DNA of 64,000 bases. It comes from Clostridia bacterium. GTDB lineage: Bacteria; Bacillota; Clostridia; Christensenellales; UBA1242. Below are positions 1-10,434 of this stretch, piece by piece. The first letter of the stretch is position 1. The number at the start of each line of letters is the position of its first letter. The notes below the pieces were generated by a model. It made no database searches. It saw nothing but the letters and a program-made list of their open reading frames with translations, and was not told where the DNA came from. Position numbers and translations under genes: made by a program. Location: the NCBI GenBank assembly GCA_017466725.1, contig JAFTTP010000002.1, positions 955-64,954 of the forward strand. The letters are read 5' to 3'.

Positions 1-23
1 TTTTAAAAATTAGAAAGCAGGTT

Positions 24-710
24 GTGAATGCTTGTATTGCTGTAATGCTTGGCGTGGTGGCAGTTTTTGCATGTGTTGCTGGAGGGAGCGCAATTTCAAC
101 CTCTGCCGTCGCTGGTGTATATTATCATGGTAATAAAGAAAACAACAACATTTCGTTGATGATAAATGTATACTGGGGTACAGAATATCTTGACAGCATG
201 CTAGCAACGCTTAAAGAACATGATGTAAAAACAACCTTCTTTATTGGCGGTGTGTGGGCTGTAAAAAATGAAGATTATCTTATAAAGATAAAAAATGAAG
301 GTCACGAGATTGCAAATCATGGTTACCATCATAAAGATCATGCCAAAATCAGTGAAGAAGAAAATATAAATCAGATTAAAAATACCCATACTATTGTTAA
401 AAAGTTGATTGGATTGGATATGACTTTGTTTGCTCCACCAAGTGGAGCATACAACAAAACAACCGTTGAGGTTGCAACTTCGCTTGGTTACAAGACAATT
501 ATGTGGACCAGAGATACTATTGATTGGCGTGATAAAGATGAAAATCTTATATATAACAGAGCAATCAAAGGGGCGAGCGGCGGTGATTTAATTTTGATGC
601 ATCCAACAGAAATGACTGCTAAGGCGCTATCAAGAATAATATTAAAATTGCAAGAGCTTGGCTTTAATTTGACAACTGTAAGTGAAAATATTGGGTTGCA
701 TAAAGCATAA
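24..710 (+). CDS. Polysaccharide deacetylase (NodB homology) family protein, sporulation-type PdaB/YlxY-like, with an N-terminal membrane anchor
   Basis: 228-aa ORF with a hydrophobic N-terminus. HEIANHGYHH, LFAPPSG and WTRDTIDW resemble NodB deacetylase motifs. The first motif reads NVYWG rather than TFDDG. The frame is open back to base 3, so the real start may lie upstream of the window. Confidence 0.75.
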   Translation: MNACIAVMLGVVAVFACVAGGSAISTSAVAGVYYHGNKENNNISLMINVYWGTEYLDSMLATLKEHDVKTTFFIGGVWAVKNEDYLIKIKNEGHEIANHGYHHKDHAKISEEENINQIKNTHTIVKKLIGLDMTLFAPPSGAYNKTTVEVATSLGYKTIMWTRDTIDWRDKDENLIYNRAIKGASGGDLILMHPTEMTAKALSRIILKLQELGFNLTTVSENIGLHKA

Positions 711-839
711 GGTCGCCAAAAAACGTCAAAAGAATTAAAAAATTTAATGAATATTCTCAAAAAAAGTTGCTTATTTAGTTTGGGAATATTTTTTGTTTGT
801 GCTATATTTAATATATATTATCAATAAAAAGGACGTTTC

Positions 840-3839
840 ATGGCAACATTTCAAGTTTCTCATAAAGAAAAAAAGAAGGCTAATAAAAATGTTAAAGTCA
901 TCGCCGGTTGGACCTTGCTTGCAACGAGTACATTTATCTTTTTATTTTCAGTAACAAACATTTTACCATTTTTAAAAGTATTCTTTTTAGGATTATTTGG
1001 TGTTTTTGTATATCCATTGGCTTTGGTGGGTATGATTGTTTCTTTGGCGCTTTTAAACAACAAGAAATATGTTATGCCAAAGAGCTATGCCATTTGTTTG
1101 ATTTTGTCATTGTACTTCCTACTTTCAATTATACAACTGATCATCATAGGTAAGCCAAGTGAGATGAGTTATGGAGAATATGTCGGTCAAAATTATGCAA
1201 GAGCGTATCAAAACCAAATGACTGCAGGGGGCATGTTGATTGGATTTATTCCTTCAACGCTGATGTATTTGATGGGCGCGGCTGCAACATACATTGTGTT
1301 GTCGCTTGCCCTAATTACAAGCAGTGCATTCTTTGTTCAGGCTTATTTGTCAATAAGAAAAACAAAACAAGTGGAAAGACCTATAAAACTTCAAATTAAA
1401 GAAAAAGAGAATTTAGATACAATTGAAGAGCGTCGTGAGGCCAAAGTTTATGAAAAAGAGGCAGAGCCTATAAAAGAAGAGCCAAAACAAGAAATCAATG
1501 TGATGTTTGATGGATATAGACAGCAGGAAGAACAAAAGCAAAAATCTGCAAGAGAGTTGCTTGGGCTGGTAGGTGGGAATAAGGCGGTTGTGACAACTGA
1601 AACATATCAGCCACATCAAATGGAACTTCCTCAAGAAGAAAGCGAGAAAGAGACAATACCAAAGGGTATGAGTATGAGAGAATATTTGCTTTCTCCGCCA
1701 AAAGTTGACCTGCAAAAGTTTAGAGAGCAGCAATCTAAAATGAGGTCTTATGCAAACTACTTCAACAATCAAAATGGTGTGCAAACAGCCTCAGCACAAA
1801 GTGTAAATGCAAATCAAACGGTAATTGCGCAAAATATTAACGAGCTTAAACAAAGTGATGAAATTCAGCCAAAGGCGGAAGTCCAACTTGCTGTGAACAA
1901 CGCGCCTCAAGGCAATTTGACAGAGGTTAAACCTGAAGAAATTACAAGCGAAGCAGAGGATATCATTAGGCTTGTTGTTGAACAGGAAAAAATGGAGCGC
2001 GGTGAAAGCCTTTTGGATAATGAAAGTGACGAAGTTGTACAGTTGTCTGACACGCAAGAAACATCGACCGATGACTATAATCAATTTATAGATTTTGATG
2101 ATATTGAAGAAGATAAGGCGCCAGAGCAAAAACCTCAAGAAAATGATTTTTCTCGAGACCTTGGTCAGCGTAGAGATAATTTTTCAAGAGACCTCTCTCG
2201 TAGAGATGACCTTGCTAGGCGTAATGATATGCCAAGTAGAGACGAGGGGCTGACGCGTCGAGATAATGTGCTTGAAAATCGAGACCGACCATTTAAACAA
2301 CCTCACAATGACGAGATGGAAAGAAGACGCGGTTTTGTTCAGGTTGAGCCAGAGAAAAAAGAAGAAATTTATAAGCCATATAAGTATACTCGTCCATCAC
2401 TTGACCTTATTACGACTATGTCAGAAGATCCTTCAACGTTCAATGCAGATATGATGCAAAAAAGCGTAGCGCTTGAAAACGCACTTGAAAGTTTTGGTAT
2501 TCCAGCAAAAGTACAAAGTGTTGTTATTGGGCCAACAGTTACTAGATATGAAATAGAAATGCCAGAAGGTATTTCTGTAAAAAGAATACTTTCCCTTGAT
2601 GCTGACATCGCATATGCGCTTTCAGCCAATGGGCAGATTAGAATTGAAGCACCAATTCCGGGGCGAAGCATTGTGGGAATTGAAGTGCCAAATAAGAAAG
2701 TTGCTATGGTAAGCATTAAAGATGTGCTTAATTCAAAAGAATTTAATTTAAGTCCATCACCACTTACCTTTGCGCTTGGTAAGGATATTACTGGTAATGT
2801 AAAAATTTGTAACCTTCAAAAAATGCCGCATCTTCTTGTTGCCGGAACAACTGGTTCGGGTAAAAGTGTGTGCTTAAATACAATCATTACTTCACTTGTG
2901 TATAAATCTTCTCCAGATGAAGTTAAGTTTATTATGATTGACCCTAAACAAGTAGAGCTTTCAATGTATGATGGCTTGCCACACATGATTGTGCCAAGAG
3001 TAATTACAGACCCAACAAAAGCTGTCAATGCACTTGGATGGGCTGTTGATGAAATGGAACGCAGATTTAAACTTATCTCTGAGGCACGCGTACGCAATCT
3101 GGATGAGTATAATAAACTTGAAAAAGTTGTACAAGGTAAGGTTAAAAAGATGCCTTACATTGTAATTATATTTGACGAGTTTGCTGATTTCATGACAGTT
3201 GCAAAAAATGAAATTGAAGATAAAATCAGACGACTTGCCGGCAAGGCGAGGGCAGCAGGCATTCACCTTATTCTTGCAACTCAGCGTCCTTCAACAGATG
3301 TTGTTACGGGTACGCTTAAAGCCAATTTGCCAGCAAGAATTGCTTTCAAGGTTGCCGGAAGGGTAGACAGCGAAGTGATTATGGGTGCAACGGGCGCCGA
3401 AAAACTTCTTGGCTATGGTGATATGCTTTATAAACCAGCCGACACATCACCTCAAAGAATTCAAGGATGCTTTATTGCAACAGAGGAGACAAAAAACATT
3501 GTCAACTTTATTGTTCAAAACAACGAAGAGACATTTGATCCTGAAGCGCAAGAAGCAATCAACAATCCAAACAAAAACAAAAATAGTGGAGATGGTGCCG
3601 GCGGTAATAACGGCACAGACGAACTTCTGCCACACGCGCTTAAAATTTGTATTGATAATGGCGTGGCATCCACAACAATGGTGCAAAGAAAACTTTCCAT
3701 TGGCTATCCAAGGGCGGCAAGACTTATAGACCAAATGGAAGAGAGGGGATACATTTCCTCAGCGGACGGTGCAAAACAACGTTCGGTTTATATTACAATA
3801 GAAGAATTTTATTCAATCTTTGGAGATATTTATGACTAA
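840..3839 (+). CDS. ftsK: DNA translocase FtsK/SpoIIIE
   Basis: 999 aa. It has N-terminal TM helices and a long charged low-complexity linker. Walker A is GTTGSGKSV and Walker B is IVIIFDEFAD. The C-terminal gamma winged-helix reads TTMVQRKLSIGYPRAARLIDQMEERGYIS. Confidence 0.96.
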   Translation: MATFQVSHKEKKKANKNVKVIAGWTLLATSTFIFLFSVTNILPFLKVFFLGLFGVFVYPLALVGMIVSLALLNNKKYVMPKSYAICLILSLYFLLSIIQLIIIGKPSEMSYGEYVGQNYARAYQNQMTAGGMLIGFIPSTLMYLMGAAATYIVLSLALITSSAFFVQAYLSIRKTKQVERPIKLQIKEKENLDTIEERREAKVYEKEAEPIKEEPKQEINVMFDGYRQQEEQKQKSARELLGLVGGNKAVVTTETYQPHQMELPQEESEKETIPKGMSMREYLLSPPKVDLQKFREQQSKMRSYANYFNNQNGVQTASAQSVNANQTVIAQNINELKQSDEIQPKAEVQLAVNNAPQGNLTEVKPEEITSEAEDIIRLVVEQEKMERGESLLDNESDEVVQLSDTQETSTDDYNQFIDFDDIEEDKAPEQKPQENDFSRDLGQRRDNFSRDLSRRDDLARRNDMPSRDEGLTRRDNVLENRDRPFKQPHNDEMERRRGFVQVEPEKKEEIYKPYKYTRPSLDLITTMSEDPSTFNADMMQKSVALENALESFGIPAKVQSVVIGPTVTRYEIEMPEGISVKRILSLDADIAYALSANGQIRIEAPIPGRSIVGIEVPNKKVAMVSIKDVLNSKEFNLSPSPLTFALGKDITGNVKICNLQKMPHLLVAGTTGSGKSVCLNTIITSLVYKSSPDEVKFIMIDPKQVELSMYDGLPHMIVPRVITDPTKAVNALGWAVDEMERRFKLISEARVRNLDEYNKLEKVVQGKVKKMPYIVIIFDEFADFMTVAKNEIEDKIRRLAGKARAAGIHLILATQRPSTDVVTGTLKANLPARIAFKVAGRVDSEVIMGATGAEKLLGYGDMLYKPADTSPQRIQGCFIATEETKNIVNFIVQNNEETFDPEAQEAINNPNKNKNSGDGAGGNNGTDELLPHALKICIDNGVASTTMVQRKLSIGYPRAARLIDQMEERGYISSADGAKQRSVYITIEEFYSIFGDIYD

Positions 3840-5154
3840 AGAAGAACTTCAAACTAAGGTTGTTTCAGCTATTAGTTTAGGGTGCGATAAAAACAAGGTG
3901 GATTTGGAGCATATGCTTGGAAGACTTCAAGCATATGGCTTTCAAATTACTGATGACGTTTACAATTGTGATATTGTGATTGTCAATACATGCGCATTTA
4001 TTCAACCTGCGCAGGAAGAGGCAATTGCAAACATAATTGAAATGGAAGATTTAAAAAGTAAGGGACGCATTGAAAAAATTATTGTAACTGGTTGTTTTCC
4101 AGAGCGAAACTATAATTCAATGAAAGAAAATTTCCCTGAAATTGATGCATTTTTAAAGATAAGAGAAAACGAAAATATTTGCAAAACTATTGAAAATTTA
4201 TATGGTATCGAAAAAGGCAAAGCGGTAAAAAAACATCAAAGAGTGCTTACATCCGCAGGCAGTTATGCATATTTAAAAATTGCAGACGGTTGCAATAATG
4301 TTTGTTCTTATTGTACAATTCCTAGAATAAGAGGAAGATATACCTCACAGCCAATGGAAGAGCTTGTTGAAGAGGCAAAAAACTTGGTGTCAAGAGGGAT
4401 TTGCGAAATAATTTTAGTCGCGCAAGACACAACTCGTTACGGCGAAGATTTATATGGTGAAAACAAACTGATTGACCTTTGCCAAAAGTTGTCAAAAATC
4501 AAGGGGCTTAAGTGGATTAGAATTCATTATGCATATCCAGAGAAGGTCAGTGATGAACTTTTGCAGTACATAGCGACAAATGATAAAATGTGTAAATACC
4601 TTGATATGCCGCTTCAACATATTGATGACCAGCTGCTTTCTTCAATGAGAAGACGCTTAAATGAGGATGAAACTAGGGCGCTTATCAGCAAAATTAAAAC
4701 ATCATATCCTCAAATAGAACTTCGCTCAACGTTTATTGTTGGTTATCCTGGTGAAACGTGGTCAAAATTTAAGAAACTTTGCAAGTTTATTGAAGAAAGT
4801 CAGTTTGATTACGCAGGCTTTTTCCCATATTCTAAAGAGCCTAATACAGCAGCGTTTTATATGCCAAAACAACTTCTATCGTGGACAAAGAAGAGGCGAT
4901 ATAAAAAGATTAATAAAATTCAAAATTCAATTGTAAGCACAAAGGCTGCGCAGAAAATCGGTCAAGAAATTGAAGTTTTGGTTGACTTTTTTGACCAAGA
5001 AAAGGGTGAATATGTTTGTCACAGCCAAAATCTTTCGCCTTTAGTTGACTTTGGCGTAAGAATTGTGGATAATAATAATGTCAAGGTTGGCGACTTTGTT
5101 AAAGTGCGCATTTATGACTTTGATGGTAATGATTATAAAGGAGAGATTTTATGA
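3832..5154 (+). CDS. rimO: Ribosomal protein S12 methylthiotransferase RimO
   Basis: MTTase N-domain, radical SAM CxxxCxxC (CNNVCSYC) and a C-terminal TRAM-like segment. ATG 3832 overlaps the ftsK stop; an in-frame ATG at 3820 is an alternative start. Confidence 0.88.
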   Translation: MTKEELQTKVVSAISLGCDKNKVDLEHMLGRLQAYGFQITDDVYNCDIVIVNTCAFIQPAQEEAIANIIEMEDLKSKGRIEKIIVTGCFPERNYNSMKENFPEIDAFLKIRENENICKTIENLYGIEKGKAVKKHQRVLTSAGSYAYLKIADGCNNVCSYCTIPRIRGRYTSQPMEELVEEAKNLVSRGICEIILVAQDTTRYGEDLYGENKLIDLCQKLSKIKGLKWIRIHYAYPEKVSDELLQYIATNDKMCKYLDMPLQHIDDQLLSSMRRRLNEDETRALISKIKTSYPQIELRSTFIVGYPGETWSKFKKLCKFIEESQFDYAGFFPYSKEPNTAAFYMPKQLLSWTKKRRYKKINKIQNSIVSTKAAQKIGQEIEVLVDFFDQEKGEYVCHSQNLSPLVDFGVRIVDNNNVKVGDFVKVRIYDFDGNDYKGEIL

Positions 5155-5879
5155 ATACACCAAATAAAATAACACTTTCTAGATTGCTTTTAATACCATT
5201 GATTGTGTTTTTTTACCTTGCAGACTTTATTCCATATGGAAAACTTGTCAGCACAATTATTTTTGTAATTGCATGCCTTACAGATTTTCTTGACGGATAT
5301 CTTGCAAGAAAAAACAATCAAGTTACGCTTTTAGGAAAGTTTTTTGACTCGATTGCAGATAAGGTTTTAATTACTACAGGGCTGCTTTTAATTGTATGCC
5401 CAACACCACAATCAGTGTTCCCAGTGGTTTATCCATCTTGGCTTGGGGTTGTATGTATTGTAATTATTCTTGCCAGAGAGTTTATTGTAAGCGCACTTCG
5501 TCAAGTTGCGGCTGCAAAAGGCACTATTTTAGCGGCTGACAAGGGTGGCAAAATTAAAGCAACAGTGCAGTATATTGCTGTTACACTTTACATGGTATTT
5601 GCTTTTATTCAACAACAATTTTTACCAAATATGGATTATTCAAACGCACCTCAATGGGTGTCAATTGTAAGGTTTGTTCTTATGGCGGCGCTTGTTGCAG
5701 CAACACTTCTTACAATTTATTCTGGCGCAAGCTATCTTATTAGAAACAGACATGTTTTTAAAGAGGCTGCAGCGGTAAAAGATACTGTAAAGGTTGAAAC
5801 ATTTGCGCAAGTTGAAACGGCTGAAAAAGTTGAACCAGTAAAAGAAGATACAAAAACCACAAAGGCAAAAAAGGAATAA
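5151..5879 (+). CDS. pgsA: CDP-diacylglycerol--glycerol-3-phosphate 3-phosphatidyltransferase
   Basis: Carries the CDP-alcohol phosphotransferase motif DFLDGYLARK...GKFFDSIADK in a multi-TM protein. It has an extra charged C-terminal tail. Confidence 0.9.
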   Translation: MNTPNKITLSRLLLIPLIVFFYLADFIPYGKLVSTIIFVIACLTDFLDGYLARKNNQVTLLGKFFDSIADKVLITTGLLLIVCPTPQSVFPVVYPSWLGVVCIVIILAREFIVSALRQVAAAKGTILAADKGGKIKATVQYIAVTLYMVFAFIQQQFLPNMDYSNAPQWVSIVRFVLMAALVAATLLTIYSGASYLIRNRHVFKEAAAVKDTVKVETFAQVETAEKVEPVKEDTKTTKAKKE

Positions 5880-5885
5880 AAAATT

Positions 5886-6935
5886 ATGGCAAAAGAAACA
5901 TCTAAATTAGTTAAAGACAGCAAACGTGAGGCACTTGACCAAGCGCTTTTACAAATTGAAAAGCAATATGGTAAGGGTGCTATTATGAAACTTGGAGATA
6001 AGGTAAACGAGCCTATTGATGTAATTTCAACAGGTTGTTTGACACTTGATATCGCCCTTGGAATTGGCGGCGTACCAAGAGGTAGGGTAATTGAAATTTA
6101 TGGGCCAGAATCTTCTGGTAAAACAACAGTTTCTCTTCACATTGTTGCTGAGGCACAAAAAGTTGGCGGAACAGCTGCTTTTATTGATGCAGAGCATGCG
6201 CTTGACCCTATTTATGCAGAGAAGTTGGGGGTTAAACTTGATGACCTTTTAGTTTCTCAACCTGATAATGGTGAGCAAGCTTTAAATATCTGTGAATCTC
6301 TTGTAAAATCAGGCGCAGTTGATATTGTGGTTGTTGACTCTGTTGCTGCGCTTACACCAAAAGCGGAAATTGATGGTGAAATGGGCGACTCTCACGTCGG
6401 ACTTCAAGCAAGAATGATGAGCCAAGCGCTTAGAAAACTTACAGGCGTCATCAATAAAAGCAAAACAACAGTTATTTTCATCAATCAATTACGTGAAAAG
6501 GTTGGCGTAATGTTTGGCAACCCAGAAACAACAACTGGCGGAAAGGCACTTAAATTCTATTCAAGTATCCGTCTTGATGTAAGAAAGAAAGATGCAATTA
6601 AAGATGGAACTGAAATTGTTGGAAACAGAACAGTTGTTAAAGTTGTTAAAAACAAACTTGCCCCTCCATTTAGAACTGCTGAATTTGACATCGTGTATGG
6701 ACAAGGCATCAGCCAAGTAGGTTGTGTAGTAGACCTTGCACTTAATCATGATATAATTCAAAAATCAGGTTCTTGGTTCTCATTAAACGACGAAAAAATT
6801 GCTCAAGGTAAAGAAAACGTTAAAACATATCTTGAAAAAAATCAAGACCTTTACAACGAAGTACTTAATAAAATCAAGGCAATTTATAGCGGTGCAAAAA
6901 ACGAGGAAGAAGAAACTGAAGAGGAAGAAGAATAA
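5886..6935 (+). CDS. recA: Recombinase RecA
   Basis: Full-length RecA signature with GPESSGKTT Walker A, the L1/L2 regions and an acidic C-terminal tail. Confidence 0.98.
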   Translation: MAKETSKLVKDSKREALDQALLQIEKQYGKGAIMKLGDKVNEPIDVISTGCLTLDIALGIGGVPRGRVIEIYGPESSGKTTVSLHIVAEAQKVGGTAAFIDAEHALDPIYAEKLGVKLDDLLVSQPDNGEQALNICESLVKSGAVDIVVVDSVAALTPKAEIDGEMGDSHVGLQARMMSQALRKLTGVINKSKTTVIFINQLREKVGVMFGNPETTTGGKALKFYSSIRLDVRKKDAIKDGTEIVGNRTVVKVVKNKLAPPFRTAEFDIVYGQGISQVGCVVDLALNHDIIQKSGSWFSLNDEKIAQGKENVKTYLEKNQDLYNEVLNKIKAIYSGAKNEEEETEEEEE

Positions 6936-6940
6936 AATAA

Positions 6941-6972
6941 AAGCTCTTATGATAAACATAAGGGCTTTTTAT
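6941..6972. terminator. Bidirectional rho-independent terminator between convergent recA and the PBP gene
   Basis: An 11-bp stem AAGCTCTTATG / CATAAGGGCTT (one G-U pair) with a 5-nt loop, flanked by A-run and T-run. Confidence 0.7.
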
Positions 6973-9188
6973 ATATACCATTTTTCTTTTGCCTGAGTTT
7001 TTTTCTTTACAAACGTTATATCTTTAGTTGCCAAGATGTCTGGCGAAAGCGTGTAGAACGAATTAATTGTCAAAGTATCTTGCGAAGACGCCAGCGGTAT
7101 GACAATTTTTTGTTGCCCACTTAAACCTGAAACCTCTTTTACTACTTTATTGTTGTTTTTAATTTGATAGGTGATGTAATCTTTGGCGGTAAATTCTAAG
7201 ACGGCATTGCCGTTTGATACATAACTGTTGATGTTTGGACTTTCAATTTGGGTGAATTTGTTTGATACATCATTAGGCAAATTGAAAACAGAGAAAATTT
7301 CATTTTGAGTGTAGCGCTCTGGCATATACGCGCTGGCCAGCATAATGCGATGATTTTCGGCAAGCTCGGTGCTGTCAATTGACTTTTCTACTATTGTGCT
7401 TGGCTTTGTGAAGTGAGATTCATCACCAACTTGAGTAAAATATTCTTTAACTACCATTGTTGGCTGATTGCCGCCAGCGTACGAAATAGGGGTGTTGTCA
7501 AGATTGCCAAGCCAAATGCCGCAAGTTTGGTCTTTTGTGTATGATATATTCCACGCGTCTAAGTTTTCTTTGCTGCCACTTTTGCCTACAGTACCAGTTT
7601 TAGATGCAATTTCAACTGACAGGTCGTTAAGCTTTCGTGCTGTTCCGCTTTGTGCGCAAGTTTTAAGCATGTCGGTCAGCAAATAAGCTGAATCTTCACG
7701 ATAAACTTTTGTGCTCTTTGTTTTGTGCACATATATAAGTTTATTGTTGCTGTCAGTGATGTAAGACACAAATGAAGGCTGAATATAATTTCCGTCATTT
7801 GCAAAGGTAGAATAAGCGCCTGAAAGCGCCAAAATGTTTGTGCCATAGGTCATGCCACCAAGCGCCAAAGTGTAACTATCATCTTTTTCATCAAATTCTA
7901 TGCCCATACTTTCAGCGTAGGCTTTTGCTTTGTCAATTCCTACATATGACATCACTTTGATTGATGGAATATTGATTGATTTTGATAAACTTTCTCTAGC
8001 GCTTACATATCCATGATAAACATTGCCTACATTTTTAGGTGTATAGTCACCAACGCTGACCTTTTCATCTAGAATTTGACTGCAAGGATAAATTAAATCT
8101 TCGTTTAAGGCAGGGCCGTAAACTATAATTGGTTTTATGCAAGAGCCTGGTTGTCGCTTTGCCTCTAAAATTTTAAAATTGCTTTTACCTATATATGCGC
8201 TCACTTTGCCATCGGCGTTGTCAATTACTATTCCGGCATAGTCACTTTCTGGTGATAGCGCTGAAAATGCATTTTCTAAGGCAAGCTGTTTTCCTTCGTT
8301 TTGATGTGTATAAATTTTATATCCATTTATGGCAATCTGTCGCGCGGGCATACTCAAAATTTCTTCCGCCTCATCAAGCGCTGCTTGAGAGTAAGAGTTA
8401 AGCTTATTTGTGCTTTCTTTGCTTAACATCAATGAAAGCGGCTTATTTAAAGCCAGTTGATAGTCTTCTGTTGAGATTTTAGCATCTTTTGCCATTTCTG
8501 ATAAAACTAAATTGCGCCTTTTAAGTGCGTTTTCTTTGTTTTTTATAGGGGAATACTTGGCTGGCGATTTAATCATGCCAGCAAGCAGTGCAGATTCTTC
8601 TAGCGACAAATCCTTTGCCTCTTTTGAAAAATAATAGTTGGCGGCGCTTTCAATGCCATAGCAATTGTTTCCAAAATATATCACATTTAGGTAAAGCTCT
8701 AAAATTTCATCTTTCTCATATCGATTTTCAATCTTTTTAGCAAGTGCAACTTCCTTTATTTTGCGAGTAAGCGTTTTCTCGCTAGATAGTTGCGTGTTTT
8801 TGACAAGTTGTTGAGTTATTGTAGATGCGCCTTCTTTAAAAGAGCCAGATTTAAGGTTGTTTATCGTTGCTTTTAGTATACGTTTGTAGTTTACACCGTT
8901 ATGATTATAAAACGTCTTGTCTTCTATGGACGTAAATGCATCGCGGGTGTAGTCATGCAGAGTGTCAATTTTGGCGTATGCATGCGATATTTCATTGTCT
9001 TCCTTAATGGGCTTATTCTGCGCATCATACATTTCGATTGACAGTGAAGTTGATGAAAGCACTTCTTCGTTAAGGGGGATTGATTGTGCGTTTATATAAA
9101 CAGATGCTACATAAATGCCCAGCACAGATAATGCTAGGGCAGATACCAAGAAAATTGTCACAAACGTCCACTTAAAAAACTTTTTCAC
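6969..9188 (-). CDS. Class A penicillin-binding protein (glycosyltransferase GT51 plus transpeptidase), PBP1A family
   Basis: GT51 motifs EDKTFYNHNGV and GASTITQQ. Transpeptidase motifs SCIKP (SxxK), SIN (SxN) and KTGT. The start is placed at GTG 9188 (VKKFFKWTF..., directly before the TM anchor). The longer ORF to 9377 would overlap miaB and adds an implausible N-terminus. Confidence 0.9.
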   Translation of the reverse strand: MKKFFKWTFVTIFLVSALALSVLGIYVASVYINAQSIPLNEEVLSSTSLSIEMYDAQNKPIKEDNEISHAYAKIDTLHDYTRDAFTSIEDKTFYNHNGVNYKRILKATINNLKSGSFKEGASTITQQLVKNTQLSSEKTLTRKIKEVALAKKIENRYEKDEILELYLNVIYFGNNCYGIESAANYYFSKEAKDLSLEESALLAGMIKSPAKYSPIKNKENALKRRNLVLSEMAKDAKISTEDYQLALNKPLSLMLSKESTNKLNSYSQAALDEAEEILSMPARQIAINGYKIYTHQNEGKQLALENAFSALSPESDYAGIVIDNADGKVSAYIGKSNFKILEAKRQPGSCIKPIIVYGPALNEDLIYPCSQILDEKVSVGDYTPKNVGNVYHGYVSARESLSKSINIPSIKVMSYVGIDKAKAYAESMGIEFDEKDDSYTLALGGMTYGTNILALSGAYSTFANDGNYIQPSFVSYITDSNNKLIYVHKTKSTKVYREDSAYLLTDMLKTCAQSGTARKLNDLSVEIASKTGTVGKSGSKENLDAWNISYTKDQTCGIWLGNLDNTPISYAGGNQPTMVVKEYFTQVGDESHFTKPSTIVEKSIDSTELAENHRIMLASAYMPERYTQNEIFSVFNLPNDVSNKFTQIESPNINSYVSNGNAVLEFTAKDYITYQIKNNNKVVKEVSGLSGQQKIVIPLASSQDTLTINSFYTLSPDILATKDITFVKKKTQAKEKWYI

Positions 9189-9309
9189 GTAGTTATTATG
9201 TTGAATATCAAAAAAAATATTTACCAGAATAATATTTTTTATTTGAAAAATGATTTGATATGTAGTATAATCTATTATATATCGATTTTTATATATACAA
9301 GGGGATAAA

Positions 9310-10434
9310 ATGAAATACTGTATAGTTACATATGGATGCCAAATGAATGTGCATGAATCAGAAAAAATTGCTGGCATTTTAGAGAATTTGGGTTATACCG
9401 AAACAGATATAAGAGAAAACGCTGATATTATTGTGTTCAACACCTGTGCAATTAGAGAAGGCGCTGAAGACAGAGTTTTTGGCAATGTTGGTAACCTTAA
9501 GAAAATGAAAAAGAAAAATAAAAATCTCATCATTGCAGTTTGTGGCTGTATGACTCAAAAAGAACAAACCGCGCAAAAGCTTATGAACACCTTTCCATTT
9601 GTAGACATTGTGCTTGGTACATTCAATCTTTCTAGACTGGGATATTTTATCGAGGCGGTAAAACAAGGGCGCAAAATGGAAATTTTGCAGGAAGGTGACG
9701 TTGAAGAAAACTTGCCATATAAACGTACTAGCGGTGACAATGCCTGGGTAAATATTATGCAAGGCTGCAATAACTTTTGTACATACTGCATTGTGCCTTA
9801 TGTAAGGGGTAGAGAGAAGTCAAGAAAACAAGAAAACATTTTAAACGAAATCAAAAACATTGTTGCTGAGAAAAAATATAAAAAGATTACTCTTTTAGGG
9901 CAAAATGTAAACTCTTATGGCAACGATCTTTCAGACGGAAGCACTTTTGCAGGACTATTAAAAGAAATATGCAAAATTGAAGGCGATTTTAAAGTTTCTT
10001 TTATGACTTCGCATCCAAAAGACCTTACTGATGATGTGATTGATGTTATTGCAAATGAAGATAAAATTGAAAAATACATCCATCTTCCAGCGCAAAGCGG
10101 AAACAACCGAGTTTTAAAACTAATGAATAGAAAGTACACAAGAGAGAAGTATCTTTCTATCATTGAGAAAATTCGCGAAAAAATACCAAATTGTCGTATT
10201 ACTTCAGACTTTATTGTAGGTTTTCCTACCGAAACGGAAGAGGAATTTGAAGATACATATTCGCTGGTCAAGCAGGTACGCTATGACAGTATTTTTGCAT
10301 TTATGTATTCACCACGTGAAGGCACAGTTGCAAGCAAGATGGAAGGACAGATTGAAGACAAAGTAAAACATGCCAGAGTAAACAAATTGCTTGCCCTTGA
10401 GAAGAAAATTCAAAAGGAGGACAACAAAAGATGA
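9310..10434 (+). CDS. miaB: tRNA-2-methylthio-N6-dimethylallyladenosine synthase MiaB, short form lacking the C-terminal TRAM domain
   Basis: N-terminus reads MKYCIVTYGCQMN and the radical SAM motif is CNNFCTYC. The ORF ends at 374 aa just after the radical SAM domain, with its stop overlapping the mutS start (ATGA). The miaB-mutS-mutL-miaA order is conserved. Confidence 0.85.
   Translation: MKYCIVTYGCQMNVHESEKIAGILENLGYTETDIRENADIIVFNTCAIREGAEDRVFGNVGNLKKMKKKNKNLIIAVCGCMTQKEQTAQKLMNTFPFVDIVLGTFNLSRLGYFIEAVKQGRKMEILQEGDVEENLPYKRTSGDNAWVNIMQGCNNFCTYCIVPYVRGREKSRKQENILNEIKNIVAEKKYKKITLLGQNVNSYGNDLSDGSTFAGLLKEICKIEGDFKVSFMTSHPKDLTDDVIDVIANEDKIEKYIHLPAQSGNNRVLKLMNRKYTREKYLSIIEKIREKIPNCRITSDFIVGFPTETEEEFEDTYSLVKQVRYDSIFAFMYSPREGTVASKMEGQIEDKVKHARVNKLLALEKKIQKEDNKR

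Noticed and set aside
1413-2138. Minus-strand ORFs of 123, 68 and 115 aa within the ftsK linker region
   Set aside because: They are antisense to ftsK and have a low-complexity, hydrophobic junk composition with no start signals.
3820-3839. The ftsK/rimO overlap, considered as a possible programmed frameshift or fusion
   Set aside because: It is an ordinary short stop/start overlap (ATGACTAA) of the kind seen throughout this compact operon structure. Both proteins are complete in their own frames.
9189-9377. An N-terminal 63-codon extension of the PBP ORF (MPAIFSDSC...) overlapping the miaB start
   Set aside because: The extension has an odd composition, overlaps the divergent miaB coding start and promoter region, and precedes the natural membrane anchor. 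GTG 9188 directly before KKFFKWTFVTIFLV is the more plausible start.
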